DNA from: Magnetococcales bacterium
Lineage (GTDB): Bacteria; Pseudomonadota; Magnetococcia; Magnetococcales; JADFZT01
Reading direction: 5' to 3'
NCBI GenBank assembly: GCA_015232395.1
Contig: JADFZT010000005.1
Span: 8,298-72,297, forward strand
DNA: 64,000 bases
In this document: positions 37,337 through 47,470 of the stretch, one piece after another
How the letters are laid out: each line of letters starts with the position of its first letter
Numbering within the stretch: the first letter of the stretch is position 1
The notes under the pieces: model-generated
The model's database searches: none
Seen by the model: the letters and a program-made list of their open reading frames with translations, nothing else
What the model was told of the DNA's origin: nothing
Position numbers and translations under genes: made by a program

Positions 37337-38926
37337 ATGCGTCAACTGCCCTTGTGGAAACCCCTGTTAATTCTGGGGATTGCCCTGACATCTCTGTTCT
37401 ATGCCCTGCCCAGTCTGCTGGGAGGAGTGGATGAGGAGTGGCCTTCCTGGCTGCCCAACCAAGTGATTCTCAGGGGGCTCGATCTCCAAGGGGGGCTCTA
37501 CCTGCTACTCCACGTAGAGACCGATAAGGCGGTGGAGCAGACCGCTGAAAATTTGGTGGATGAGGTGCTGGGGGTGTTGCGCGAAAAGCGTCTGCGCCAC
37601 CTGGGGGTAAAGCGTGCTGGCATTTCTGCTGTTGAAATGCGCCTCTCCAAAGGGAGTGACCCGGAGGAGGTCCGCAAGGTTTTAAGAGACGAGTTTCCCG
37701 ATCTTTTGCTGGAGGACATGGCGGAAGGTGCAGGAATCAGGCTGGCCATCACGCCGGATAAACAAAAAGAGATCAAGGGATTCGCTGTTGAGCAGTCGAT
37801 CCAGACCATCCGCTCACGGATCGATCAGTTCGGTGTCAGCGAACCCACCATCCAAAAGCAGGGCCAGGAACGCATCCTGATCCAGCTTCCCGGTCTCCAG
37901 GATCCGGCCCGGGCTAAAGCCCTGATCGGTCGGACTGCTCGCCTGGAATTCAAAATGGTGGACGAAAAAGGGGATCTGGCTACGGCCCTGGATGGTCGCG
38001 TACCCCCGGGGGATGTGGTTCTCTATGGGGATCAACAGGCCCGGGACGGCTCCACCTATCAACAGCCCTACCTGCTTAAAAAACGCACGGTGTTGACCGG
38101 GGCCTATCTCAGCGATGCCCGGGTTAATTTTTCCGCCCAATACAACGAGCCTCAGGTGTTGGTCTCTTTTAACCGCCAGGGCGCCCGAAAATTTGCCCAA
38201 ATCACCGCCAACCACGTCAATGAGCGGATGGCCATCGTTTTGGATGGCAGAGTCTACTCCGCACCGGTGATCCAGGAGCGAATCGATGGGGGGCGGGCTT
38301 CGATTACCGGCCGCTTTACCACCGACGACGCCCACGATCTGGCCATCGTGCTGAGGGCCGGTGCCTTGCCCGCTCCGGTAAAAATTTTGGAAGAGCGCAC
38401 GGTGGGTCCGACTTTGGGTCGGGATTCGGTGGAGCAGGGGTTGGCTTCCATCCTGATCGGTGGTGCCCTGGTGCTGGTCTTCATGGCGCTCTACTATCGC
38501 GGTTTTGGTCTATTGGCCAATATCGCGGTGCTGCTGAATATCCTCATCCTGATGGCTGCGTTGACTTTCCTTCAGGCTACTCTGACTTTGCCGGGGATTG
38601 CGGGTGCGGTGTTGCTCCTCGGTATGGCGGTGGATGCCAATGTGCTTATTTTTGAGCGCATACGGGAGGAGTTGCACTTGGGCAAGACCCCCTTGGCCGC
38701 TATTGATCATGGCTATTCCAAGGCTTTTTCCACCATCATGGATGCCAATATCACCACTCTGATCACGGCGGTAGTGCTCTACCAGTTTGGTACCGGTCCG
38801 GTTCGGGGGTTTGCTGTGACCCTCTCCATCGGTCTGGTCGCCTCCATGTTTACAGCTATTTTCGTCACCCGGGTGGTGCTGGCACTGGCCATGCGCAACA
38901 GGCCGTTTGCCAAGCTTTCCATCTAA
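37337..38926 (+). CDS. secD: Protein translocase subunit SecD
   Basis: 'GLDLQGGLYLLL', 'RIDQFGVSEPTIQKQGQERILIQLPG', and the C-terminal 6-TM block 'LPGIAGAVLLLGMAVDANVLIFERIREE'. Confidence 0.93.
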   Translation: MRQLPLWKPLLILGIALTSLFYALPSLLGGVDEEWPSWLPNQVILRGLDLQGGLYLLLHVETDKAVEQTAENLVDEVLGVLREKRLRHLGVKRAGISAVEMRLSKGSDPEEVRKVLRDEFPDLLLEDMAEGAGIRLAITPDKQKEIKGFAVEQSIQTIRSRIDQFGVSEPTIQKQGQERILIQLPGLQDPARAKALIGRTARLEFKMVDEKGDLATALDGRVPPGDVVLYGDQQARDGSTYQQPYLLKKRTVLTGAYLSDARVNFSAQYNEPQVLVSFNRQGARKFAQITANHVNERMAIVLDGRVYSAPVIQERIDGGRASITGRFTTDDAHDLAIVLRAGALPAPVKILEERTVGPTLGRDSVEQGLASILIGGALVLVFMALYYRGFGLLANIAVLLNILILMAALTFLQATLTLPGIAGAVLLLGMAVDANVLIFERIREELHLGKTPLAAIDHGYSKAFSTIMDANITTLITAVVLYQFGTGPVRGFAVTLSIGLVASMFTAIFVTRVVLALAMRNRPFAKLSI

Positions 38927-38979
38927 AAGACCAAACTTTCCCGCACCTCAACCTCCAGGACCCATGATCGGCCCGGTAT

Positions 38980-39885
38980 ATGGAACTCATCACCAAAAAG
39001 ACCCACATCGATTTTATTCGCTGGCGTAAGCTTGCCTTTTCTTTTTCAATAGGCTTGATCCTGTTAAGCCTGATCTCCCTGGGTGTTCAGGGGCTCAACT
39101 ACGGCATCGACTTTTCCGGCGGCACCCTGGTACAACTCCGTTTTCCAGGGCCAGCCCCTGTTGGGGAGATTCGCAAGGCCCTCTCTGACCTTGATCTGGG
39201 GGATGTGGTCATTCAGGAGTTTGGCCGCCCGGAGGAAATTTTGGTCCGGGTGGAGCGTCAGGAAGGTCAGGAAGCGTCGAGCAATCAGGCCCAACTGGCC
39301 CAGCGGATTGTCGCCTCTCTCAATGGCTTGGCCGGGGAAGAGGGGGTTGAACTGCGACGGGTTGAATTTGTCGGACCCCAGGTGGGTGAAGAACTCACCA
39401 CCAAGGGGATCATGGCGGTTCTCTACTCCATGATAGTGATTTTGGCCTATGTGGCCTGGCGGTTTGAGTTGCGCTTTGCCTATGGCGCAGTCTTGGCCCT
39501 GATTCACGATCTGGCCATTACGGTGGGTTTCTTTTCTCTCCTGCAAAAAGAGTTTACCCTGGTGGTGGTGGCCGCACTCCTCACCGTGATTGGCTACTCC
39601 CTGAACGATACCATCGTTGTGTATGATCGTATCCGGGAGGAGATGAAGCGGCTTAAAAAAGAGCCCATGACTCTGATTATCAATGAGGCGGTCAACCGGG
39701 TTTTGGCCCGTACTTTGGTAACCTCTTTGACCACCATCCTGGTTCTGGTCGCACTGATTCTTTTCGGGGGTGAGGTGATTCACGATTTTGCCCTGACCCT
39801 TTTTCTGGGTGTGCTGGTTGGCACCTATTCATCCATCTTCGTTGCGAGTCCCATGGTGCTGTTAATGGACCGCAAAGGCCGTTGA
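38980..39885 (+). CDS. secF: Protein translocase subunit SecF
   Basis: 'GLNYGIDFSGGTLVQLRF', 'VIGYSLNDTIVVYDRIRE'. Confidence 0.93.
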   Translation: MELITKKTHIDFIRWRKLAFSFSIGLILLSLISLGVQGLNYGIDFSGGTLVQLRFPGPAPVGEIRKALSDLDLGDVVIQEFGRPEEILVRVERQEGQEASSNQAQLAQRIVASLNGLAGEEGVELRRVEFVGPQVGEELTTKGIMAVLYSMIVILAYVAWRFELRFAYGAVLALIHDLAITVGFFSLLQKEFTLVVVAALLTVIGYSLNDTIVVYDRIREEMKRLKKEPMTLIINEAVNRVLARTLVTSLTTILVLVALILFGGEVIHDFALTLFLGVLVGTYSSIFVASPMVLLMDRKGR

Positions 39886-39909
39886 CCGCTTATCTCGCAG
39901 GTGCCGCTC

Positions 39910-40281
39910 ATGAGTGATAGTGATAACGATTACGATACACGCTTCCAGGTGATCGATCCCAAGTTTACCCCGGAAGAGGATCGCGTGTATGAAACTGAAA
40001 TGGCTGCTCTGAAGCGTCGGATCAAGGGGGGGGACTCCTGGAATAAGGCCGTCAAGCAGTGCAAATTGGATGATGGCGAACTGAAAAAAATCATCCTGGA
40101 GGATTTTCTCAAGATCACCGTGGCCGAGCGCCACTTTCAAGGGGGGGATAGCCTGAAAAAAGTAGCCAAAACCCTGAAAGTATCCTTGAAAGATCTGATG
40201 GCCATCAAGGAAAGCATGCTCAAGGAAGTGCAAGCAGCTGCCGTCAAAGCCTACCATCTGCAACAACCCAAGCCCAACTGA
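39910..40281 (+). CDS. Hypothetical acidic/lysine-rich protein
   Basis: 123-aa ORF 25 bp after secF on the same strand. I recognise no motif. Confidence 0.45.
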   Translation: MSDSDNDYDTRFQVIDPKFTPEEDRVYETEMAALKRRIKGGDSWNKAVKQCKLDDGELKKIILEDFLKITVAERHFQGGDSLKKVAKTLKVSLKDLMAIKESMLKEVQAAAVKAYHLQQPKPN

Positions 40282-40481
40282 TTTGGCAAGCAGGCACTTT
40301 TTCTGTTGTCGCTGAACCTGTTCCGATCAGAAAATATCCAGTCCAGAGGGGGGCTGGTATAGGGCTGAAACGGGCGTTGCAAAGTGCGGTGCAGGCCATG
40401 CCTGAATTTTTTGCCCAAGGCATTCCTTTCCGGCTTATAATGAATCTCTTTGGATATTGATCGAATCAGAAGGATAAATCA

Positions 40482-40853
40482 GTGGCGCGGATATTGGTGA
40501 TTGATGACGATGTGGGGGTTCGGGAGCTGCTGCGGGCATTTCTCGACGAGGCTGGCCACCAGGTTGTAGAGGCCCCGGATGGACGGCAAGGGGTGCAGCT
40601 CTTTCGGGATGAACCGGCAGACCTGGTGATTACCGATATCCTCATGCCGGAGAAGGACGGGGTGGAAGTGATCATGGAACTCAAGGAGCGCTACCCCGAG
40701 GTGCGTATCCTGGCAGTTTCCGGTGGCGGGCGAGGGCTGGAGGCTGAGGTCAACCTGCGGGTGGCCAAAGAGTTCGGTGCCATGCATGTATTGCCCAAAC
40801 CATTCACTCAGCAGGAGCTTCAGGAGGCTGTCACAGCACTTCTGGGCGCATAA
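40482..40853 (+). CDS. Single-domain (CheY-like) response regulator
   Basis: 'RILVIDDDVGVRELL...DLVITDILMPEKDGVEVI...ILAVSG...LPKPF'. GTG start. Confidence 0.88.
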   Translation: MARILVIDDDVGVRELLRAFLDEAGHQVVEAPDGRQGVQLFRDEPADLVITDILMPEKDGVEVIMELKERYPEVRILAVSGGGRGLEAEVNLRVAKEFGAMHVLPKPFTQQELQEAVTALLGA

Positions 40854-41269
40854 TAGTCTGGTCAGTCAAGTCATTATTGCTTTGGTGGCTTGGGCTTTGG
40901 GTTCTTCTGGTGCATGAAGCTGTGGTTTGGCGCTTGATTCGTAGCAACCATCGGTTGGGATTGATAGTCATTCCAATACGCAAGGTACACTCTGATAGAG
41001 GCTTTCCAGGAAAACGCACACGTAGGATCTGGTGAGCCGTGCGAACCCCATCAATCAAGACCGATTGCCATTTTAATTTGGAACGACTATATCGGGAATG
41101 CTGTGGCCCTGCCGGTGGGGTATGGGGTAGCAGGTTTTATCAGAAAGCATCAGTCTGCTTCTGCTTTGAAAAGGGGTTGCTGATTGATTCTACTTACGCT
41201 TCGAACGACACCCCGCCACCGGCTCCATGGATTCATGTACCGGCAGCGGGGCGGGTGGTGCTGTATCCC

Positions 41270-41575
41270 TTAGCGCCGCTTTTTCTTTGAACGCTCTACG
41301 TGATCCTTCAATTCCTTGGTCAGGGTATCCAGGACATCATTAACTGAAGCGACGACCGTGGAGTTTTCCTTGGTGGCGGTAATGGTGGTGCCAGCCACAT
41401 TGACCACGGCCTTGGCTTCGGCGCGCTGATCGTTTTTATGGGCTTTGACCTCGATGCTCACCCGGGCGTGGGTGATGGGGCCAAACCGTTGATCCAGGTT
41501 TTCCATCCTTTTTTGGATCCGCTCCCGCAACTCGTCGCCCAGTTCGACCTGCCGACCTTCCAGTTTAATATCCAT
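41270..41575 (-). CDS. hpf: Ribosome hibernation promoting factor / RaiA family (short form)
   Basis: 'MDIKLEGRQVELGDELRERIQKRMENLDQRF...ARVSIEV...AEAKAVVNVAG'. Confidence 0.88.
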   Translation of the reverse strand: MDIKLEGRQVELGDELRERIQKRMENLDQRFGPITHARVSIEVKAHKNDQRAEAKAVVNVAGTTITATKENSTVVASVNDVLDTLTKELKDHVERSKKKRR

Positions 41576-41676
41576 TTAGCCGTTCAGCTCCTCTCATAAT
41601 GCCGATACATGATCCGCCAATTTCCGACGGTTTGTGCTTATCCGTTGTGTCTTGAGTCTACAGGTGTCGTTGCCCA

Positions 41677-42810
41677 TCAGCCTCCGACAATGGCCAACAA
41701 AACACCAGCCGCCACTGCCGAGCCGATGACGCCAGCCACATTGGGCCCCATGGCGTGCATCAGCAGGAAATTATGGTGATTGGCCTGCAGTCCTACCTTG
41801 TTGACCACCCGGGCCGCCATGGGTACAGCTGAGACTCCGGCAGCACCAATCAGGGGGTTGACCTGACCTTTGGTAATCCGATGCATCAGTTTCCCCATCA
41901 TCAGTCCCGCAGCCGTCCCAACGCTAAAGGCGATCACCCCGAGGACCAGGATACCCAGGGTTTCGACACTTAAAAATTGTTCGGCCGAAAGCTTGGAGCC
42001 CACCGCAAGGCCCAAAAAGATGGTGACGATGTTGATCATCTCATTTTGGGCGGTTTTGGAAAGCCGCTCCACCACACCACTCTCTCTGAGCAGATTGCCA
42101 AAGGTAAGCATGCCGATCAAGGGGGCAGCTGTGGGCAGCAGCAGAGCGCAGAGAATCAGCACGGTGATGGGGAAGAGCACCCGCTCCAGCTTTGAGACCG
42201 GGCGCAGCTGCTGCATCACCACTTGGCGTTCTTCCTCGGTGGTGAGGGCCATCATGATGGGGGGTTGAATGAGAGGCACCAGCGCCATGTAGGAGTACGC
42301 TGCCACCGCAATGGCCCCCATCAGATCCGGAGCCAGGCGTGAGGAGAGAAAGATCGCTGTTGGGCCGTCAGCGCCACCGATGATGCCGATGGCGGCTGCA
42401 TCTGCCAGGGAAAAGTCAAATCCAGGCAGAACGTTCAGAGCCAGAGCGCCCAGGAGGGTGATAAAGATGCCAAATTGCGCGGCAGCCCCCAGAAAGATGG
42501 TGCTGGGGCGGGCAATCAGGGGGCCGAAATCGGTCAGAGCCCCCACCCCCAAAAAGATGATCAGCGGAAAGACGCCGGTCTTGATCCCTGTGTTGTAGAC
42601 ATAATAGAGCATGCCTCCAGGGTCGGAGATTCCCGCGACCGGAATGTTGGTGAGAATGGCGCCAAAGCCGATGGGTACCAAAAGCAGTGGTTCGAACTGC
42701 TTGACCACAGCCAGATAGATCAGCAGCCCCCCAACGGCCATCATCAGAACCTGGCCCCAGGTAAAGTTGGCCAGTCCTGTCGTTTCCCAAAGTGTCAGTA
42801 AATGTTCCAT
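41677..42810 (-). CDS. oadB: Sodium ion-translocating decarboxylase, beta subunit
   Basis: '[39 protein letters not shown]' and '[14 protein letters not shown]', polytopic. Confidence 0.9.
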   Translation of the reverse strand: MEHLLTLWETTGLANFTWGQVLMMAVGGLLIYLAVVKQFEPLLLVPIGFGAILTNIPVAGISDPGGMLYYVYNTGIKTGVFPLIIFLGVGALTDFGPLIARPSTIFLGAAAQFGIFITLLGALALNVLPGFDFSLADAAAIGIIGGADGPTAIFLSSRLAPDLMGAIAVAAYSYMALVPLIQPPIMMALTTEEERQVVMQQLRPVSKLERVLFPITVLILCALLLPTAAPLIGMLTFGNLLRESGVVERLSKTAQNEMINIVTIFLGLAVGSKLSAEQFLSVETLGILVLGVIAFSVGTAAGLMMGKLMHRITKGQVNPLIGAAGVSAVPMAARVVNKVGLQANHHNFLLMHAMGPNVAGVIGSAVAAGVLLAIVGG

Positions 42811-42823
42811 AGCGGCACTGGGC

Positions 42824-44623
42824 TCAGGCGATCATGAGGAGGGTGGCGCCCACCTGGACGTTGTCACCCACCGCGACGGAAACTTCAGTTACTTTGCCAT
42901 CCCGGGGTGCGCGCACCTCGGTTTCCATCTTCATCGCTTCCAGAATCATGATGACATCACCCGATTTGACGGTGCTGCCCACCTCCAGCGGAATGCGGTA
43001 GATGGTGCCTGCCAGAGGGGAGGGGACCGGTTCACCACTCCCTGCTGGAGCGGCGGCCGGAGCCGGGGCTGCGGCAGGTGCTGCGGCGGGGGTGGCGGAG
43101 CTGACTTCACCCCCCGGACCCACCTCCACGTCATATGCCGTGCCGTTGACCACCACCCGGTATCTTTCCGGGCCGTCAGTGGCGGGGGCTGCGGCGGGAG
43201 CGGCCTTTTTGGCAGCCGGAGCCACATCATCCGCACTGGGTACCGGTTCGAAGGCGTCGGGATTGTTGCGGTTTTTGAGAAACTTGAGACCCACCTGGGG
43301 GAAAAGGGCGTAGGTGAGAACATCGTCGATTTCGTTTTGGGCCAGTTGAATGCCTTGTTCGTCGGCGATTTTCTTGAGTTCCGCCGTAAGCTTCACCACT
43401 TCCGGCTCCAGCTTGTCAGCTGGGCGCACGGTGAGGGGTTTTTCCCCGGGTTCGAGAACCCGTTTTTGGATTTCAGTATTCATGGGGGCGGGGGTGGAGC
43501 CATATTCGCCCCGCAGAATGCCTCGGGTCTCTTTGGTGATGGACTTGTAACGCTCACCCATCATGACATTGAAGACCGCCTGGGTGCCGACAATCTGGGA
43601 GGTGGGGGTGACCAGGGCGATGTAGCCCAGATCCTTGCGTACCCGGGGGATCTCCTCCAGGACCTCGTCCATTTTGTCGAGGGCCCCTTGCTGCTTGAGC
43701 TGGTTTTCCATGTTGGTGAGCATTCCACCCGGCACCTGGGCCAGGAGAATCCGGGAATCAACACCCTTCAGGGAGCCTTCAAATTTGGCATATTTTTTCC
43801 GGACTTCGCGGAAATAGGTGGCGATCTCTTCCAGGGGTTTAAGATCCAGGCCCGTATCCCGTTCAGTTCCTTCCATGATGGCGACAATGGACTCGGTGGC
43901 GGAGTGTCCGGTGGTCATGCTCATGGAGGAGATGGCGCTATCCACCATGTCGATGCCCGCTTCGGCCGCCTTGAGGATGGCGGCGGTGGACATGCCGGTG
44001 GTGGCGTGGCACTGCATGGCCAGCGGTATGTTGACCGACTCTTTCAGGCGGGTCACCAGCTCTTCGGCGATATAGGGCTTCATCAAGCCCGCCATATCCT
44101 TGATGCAGATGGAGTGGGAGCCGAGATCTTCCAGGCGCTTACCCATATCGACCCAATAGTCCACATCGTGAACCGGGCTGATGGTATAGGAGAGGGTTCC
44201 CTGGGCGTGCTTGCCAGCCTTGATGGTGGCGGCGACCGCCGTGCGCAGGTTGCGGACGTCGTTCATGGCGTCAAAGATGCGAAAGACATCCATGCCGTTG
44301 GCCGCTGCCCGCTCCACAAAGCCTTCCACCACGTCGTCGGCATAGTGACGATAGCCCAGGATATTTTGTCCCCGGAAGAGCATCTGGGTCCGGGTATTGG
44401 GCATGGCCGCTTTCAGCCTGCGCAGACGCTCCCAGGGATCTTCCCCGAGAAAGCGGATGCAGGAGTCAAAAGTGGCGCCACCCCAGATTTCCAGGGACCA
44501 GTAGCCGATCTTGTCCAACTGGGCGGCGATGGGCAGCATATCGTCGATGCGCATCCGGGTGGCCAGGAGAGACTGATGCGCGTCACGCAGAACCAGTTCC
44601 GTGATTCCGAGAGGTTTTTTCAT
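42824..44623 (-). CDS. oadA: Oxaloacetate decarboxylase alpha subunit (carboxyltransferase plus biotinyl carrier)
   Basis: '[19 protein letters not shown]', '[10 protein letters not shown]', Ala/Pro linker, biotinylation site '[11 protein letters not shown]'. Confidence 0.92.
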   Translation of the reverse strand: MKKPLGITELVLRDAHQSLLATRMRIDDMLPIAAQLDKIGYWSLEIWGGATFDSCIRFLGEDPWERLRRLKAAMPNTRTQMLFRGQNILGYRHYADDVVEGFVERAAANGMDVFRIFDAMNDVRNLRTAVAATIKAGKHAQGTLSYTISPVHDVDYWVDMGKRLEDLGSHSICIKDMAGLMKPYIAEELVTRLKESVNIPLAMQCHATTGMSTAAILKAAEAGIDMVDSAISSMSMTTGHSATESIVAIMEGTERDTGLDLKPLEEIATYFREVRKKYAKFEGSLKGVDSRILLAQVPGGMLTNMENQLKQQGALDKMDEVLEEIPRVRKDLGYIALVTPTSQIVGTQAVFNVMMGERYKSITKETRGILRGEYGSTPAPMNTEIQKRVLEPGEKPLTVRPADKLEPEVVKLTAELKKIADEQGIQLAQNEIDDVLTYALFPQVGLKFLKNRNNPDAFEPVPSADDVAPAAKKAAPAAAPATDGPERYRVVVNGTAYDVEVGPGGEVSSATPAAAPAAAPAPAAAPAGSGEPVPSPLAGTIYRIPLEVGSTVKSGDVIMILEAMKMETEVRAPRDGKVTEVSVAVGDNVQVGATLLMIA

Positions 44624-44698
44624 GATGATCCGACATCCCTATGAAGAATGTGAAAGGGGTGTGGGGGTTAAAGCCCACACCTTGAGCGTCAGCTTGTT

Positions 44699-44938
44699 TT
44701 AGTTGTTTCTCGTGCGATAACGGTGCACGGCGGCAGCGATGACGGCCAGATGTTCCTGACCTTGAACCGCCGGGGCGGGGCGTGCTGTGGGCGGTTGGGG
44801 TAGTTTGGATTCGACCCATTGGGAAAATTTGGACATCTGACCTACAATGACGACCAGTAGTGCCAAAAAGGCAAACACTGTGCCCATGCCGAGGATCATG
44901 AGTTCAAACCCGCTTACAATCAGTTCAGAAACCGGCAT
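44699..44938 (-). CDS. oadG: Oxaloacetate decarboxylase gamma subunit
   Basis: 79 aa. 'GFELMILGMGTVFAFLALLVVIV', located immediately upstream of oadA. Confidence 0.8.
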   Translation of the reverse strand: MPVSELIVSGFELMILGMGTVFAFLALLVVIVGQMSKFSQWVESKLPQPPTARPAPAVQGQEHLAVIAAAVHRYRTRNN

Positions 44939-45016
44939 ACGGCTCCTCCCAGTATTAAGTTGCTTGAGATTGTCGCTTAAGCTGTTTGGAGTCCCATCCT
45001 GGACCCAAAATCCCTC

Positions 45017-45895
45017 TTATACCACTTTTTTCAGGCTATATTCCAGGATACCTACCGCACCCGCCTTGACGAGCTTGGGAATCAGGTCCCGAACCCGGTG
45101 GCGTTCCACTACGGTTTCCACCGCCAGCCACTCCTTGTCCCGGAGGTGGGCGATGGTAGGGGAGGTGAGGGAGGGGATGAGATCGAGTATGGCCTCGGAT
45201 CCTTTTGCGGGAATGTTCATCTTGAGGGCCACCTTGTGCCGGGCGGTGAGGGCGGCGGTCAGGAGCAGGGCCAGCTGGTCCATTTTTCCCCGCCGCCAGC
45301 TATCCTCCCAGGCCTCTTTGTTGGCGATCAGTTTGGTGCGGGTGACCAGCAGCTCTTCGACGATACGCAGGCCGTGGGCTTTGATGGTGGAGCCGGTTTC
45401 GGTGATTTCCACCACCGCATCCACCAGCCCCTCCACCACTTTGGCTTCGGTGGCTCCCCAGGAAAAGTCCACCTGGGCCTCGATGTTGCGTTCCTTGAGA
45501 AAGCGACGGGTGAAGTGTTCCAGCTCCGTGGCAATTTTTTTGCCGTTCAGATCATTGATGGAGCGGATGGGGGAGTCTCCGGGCACCACCAATACCCAGC
45601 GGCAGGCTTGGTCGGAGCTTTTGGAATATTCCAGGGTGGCCACTTCCACCACTTTATCCTGGCAGTTGCGCTCGATGATCCAGTCCAGACCCGTCAGCCC
45701 CATATCCAGGGTGCCGTCGGCCACATAGGGGGCCATTTCCTGGGGACGAACCAGAGAGCAGGTGATTTCCGGGTCGTCGATGGAGGGAAAATAGTTGCGT
45801 GAGCGGGAGGAGATGGACCAACCCGCCTGGGCAAAAAGTTCGATGGTGGCGTTTTCCAGGCTTCCCTTGGGAATCCCCAGTTTCAGTTGAGGCAT
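45017..45895 (-). CDS. hisG: ATP phosphoribosyltransferase (long form)
   Basis: 'LKLGIPKGSLENATIELF', 'VRPQEMAPYVADGTLDMGLTGLDWI', 'ETGSTIKAHGLRIVE'. Confidence 0.9.
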   Translation of the reverse strand: MPQLKLGIPKGSLENATIELFAQAGWSISSRSRNYFPSIDDPEITCSLVRPQEMAPYVADGTLDMGLTGLDWIIERNCQDKVVEVATLEYSKSSDQACRWVLVVPGDSPIRSINDLNGKKIATELEHFTRRFLKERNIEAQVDFSWGATEAKVVEGLVDAVVEITETGSTIKAHGLRIVEELLVTRTKLIANKEAWEDSWRRGKMDQLALLLTAALTARHKVALKMNIPAKGSEAILDLIPSLTSPTIAHLRDKEWLAVETVVERHRVRDLIPKLVKAGAVGILEYSLKKVV

Positions 45896-46393
45896 GCGAC
45901 TTCCTTTTTCTTTAGCACCCCGAAAAGCGGATGGTGCGGTCTTGATTTGGTGATGAACGGGTTTGTGGCTGGTGATTCTTTATGCATCGTTTTGATTGGC
46001 CATAATTTAAAAGTCAATCAAACCTATAGATTAACATTGCCCCGGTTGGCTTCACAATGGGCCGTCGGGTTTGAGAGATGCCCGCGTCGGCAGCAATAGA
46101 TGGAGGGGGGGTGGGCCGATGAGGGTTTGAGCGAATGACAGGATCATGGGGAGCAGGGGGAATGGTTTTTCTGGAGTGAGAATCAAAACTATTAAAGAAT
46201 ACAGTCTGTTTTTAGGTGGCATGGGCGCAATAACCAGGTGCCGCAAGGGTGCGCGGGAGGGGGTGGTTGTCTCTTGAATTATCCATGAATGATGGTACAC
46301 TCCTGCAGTTGAAGAAAAAGGGGGAGCCAAATTTGCTTTCATGGCCCTTAGTCGAAAAAGGTCTCAATCAATTTTCATGGAGATAACCGAACG

Positions 46394-46798
46394 ATGCCGA
46401 TGACCAATATGACGGTGGATTTGCTGGCTGGGGAGAGCGTTAAAGTGGTTGGCCCCGGAACCATGGAATTTCATGCCCCTGAGCTGGCCAATGTCGCCAA
46501 GGGAGGCGGTGCTGCGGCTGGCAAGGGCAAAGCCGCACTGGCTGGTGGCGGCAAAATGGCCGTTGCGGCTGGCCAGGGCCAAGGGGCCACTGTTGGCGGG
46601 GGCAAGCTGATCGCGGCAGCGGGCAGTACCGGTACTGGAGCTGCTGGAAGTGCCGGGACCATCTGGACCGGCAAAGGCTTGAGCCTGGGGCTGGGGTTGG
46701 GGTTGGGTGCCTGGGGGCCGGTGATTGTCGCAGGGGCTGCCCTGGGGGGGTATGTCTACTGGCGCAAAAAACAAGCTGCCAAGGTCTGGCCATTCTGA
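46394..46798 (+). CDS. Mms6/MamD/MamG-family LG-repeat magnetosome membrane protein homolog
   Basis: 134 aa. The N-terminal half is Gly/Ala-rich, followed by 'AGTIWTGKGLSLGLGLGLGAWGPVIVAGAALGGYVYW' (LG-repeat plus one TM). The C-terminus 'RKKQAAKVWPF' is short and basic. Confidence 0.8.
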   Translation: MPMTNMTVDLLAGESVKVVGPGTMEFHAPELANVAKGGGAAAGKGKAALAGGGKMAVAAGQGQGATVGGGKLIAAAGSTGTGAAGSAGTIWTGKGLSLGLGLGLGAWGPVIVAGAALGGYVYWRKKQAAKVWPF

Positions 46799-46819
46799 TC
46801 TGGCTGCCACTCTCCTGAA

Positions 46820-46841
46820 ATCATCCCGGTAACGGGATGAT
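46820..46841 (+). other. Perfect 9-bp stem / GTAA tetraloop hairpin between the mms6-like and mmsF-like genes
   Basis: ATCATCCCG-GTAA-CGGGATGAT, 22 nt after the stop codon, with no T-tract following. Confidence 0.7.
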
Positions 46842-47049
46842 GGTCAGGGGGCACACCTGTTGTACTGAATACACCTAATATAAGACGACTGGTGTGGGTA
46901 GCTGAAACAGCGATGTCTGCATCAATCTGAACCCCTGGGATGGAATGGTCCCAAGGGAGGGCCTGAACTGTCTGAAGCACGGACCGGGCTGGGGTTTGCT
47001 GATCGGGATTGGCCGTTCCATGTCAGAACATTTCATGTGAGGAGTAGAA

Positions 47050-47385
47050 ATGGCAACATCATCTGGTAAGGTTTTTCTTAAGAGGAGCAAGGGCAATCGC
47101 AGCAAGGTGCTGGCCATTTTCAGCTACCTGGGCATGCTCTGCTTTGTGCCGCTTATCTTTAACCGGAATGATGAATATGTCCATTTCCATGCCCGCCAGG
47201 GATTGGTCCTTTGGATTTGGGGCGTGCTGGCCATCTTCAGCCTGCATATTCCCCTGCTCGGGGCCTTTATCTTCAGCTCCTCGGTCATCTTTGTCATGAT
47301 TCTTTCAGTGATCGGCATCAGCTCGGTGGTGCTCTCCCGAGCTTGGCGATTGCCTCTGGTGGCCTTTGTGGCCGACAGGATGTAA
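47050..47385 (+). CDS. MamF/MmsF-family magnetosome membrane protein homolog
   Basis: 111 aa, 3 TM. 'LAIFSYLGMLCFVPLIFNRNDEYVHFHARQGLVLWIWGVLAIFSLHIP' and 'SRAWRLPLVAFVADRM' closely parallel MamF/MmsF sequences as I recall them ('SYLGILCFVPLL..RDDEYVYFHAKQGLVLWMW', 'R.W+LPLI'). Confidence 0.85.
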   Translation: MATSSGKVFLKRSKGNRSKVLAIFSYLGMLCFVPLIFNRNDEYVHFHARQGLVLWIWGVLAIFSLHIPLLGAFIFSSSVIFVMILSVIGISSVVLSRAWRLPLVAFVADRM

Positions 47386-47423
47386 TATCCCCGACGGGAT
47401 TATGGCGAAAGCCTTGGGCTTCA

Positions 47424-47470
47424 GGCGGACCCATTTTTTTCTTAAAGGGGCCGCCAATCTTTTTGTTTTC
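47424..47470 (+). terminator. Rho-independent terminator after the mmsF-like gene
   Basis: GGCGGACCC (47424-47432) pairs with GGGGCCGCC (47447-47455) and is followed by AATCTTTTTGTTTTC. Confidence 0.6.

Noticed and set aside
42767-44644. 625-aa ORF on the plus strand spanning the whole oadA region
   Set aside because: It is the antisense shadow of oadA. Its translation is Gly/His/Asp-rich low-complexity sequence with no motifs, whereas the minus-strand frame has unmistakable carboxyltransferase and biotinyl ('EAMKME') signatures.
46052-46342. 96-aa minus-strand ORF in the hisG / mms6-like intergenic region (checked as a possible small Mam protein)
   Set aside because: It has no TM or motif resemblance to MamI, MamL, MamR or similar proteins, a Pro-rich odd composition and no Shine-Dalgarno. 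I treat the region as non-coding promoter DNA.
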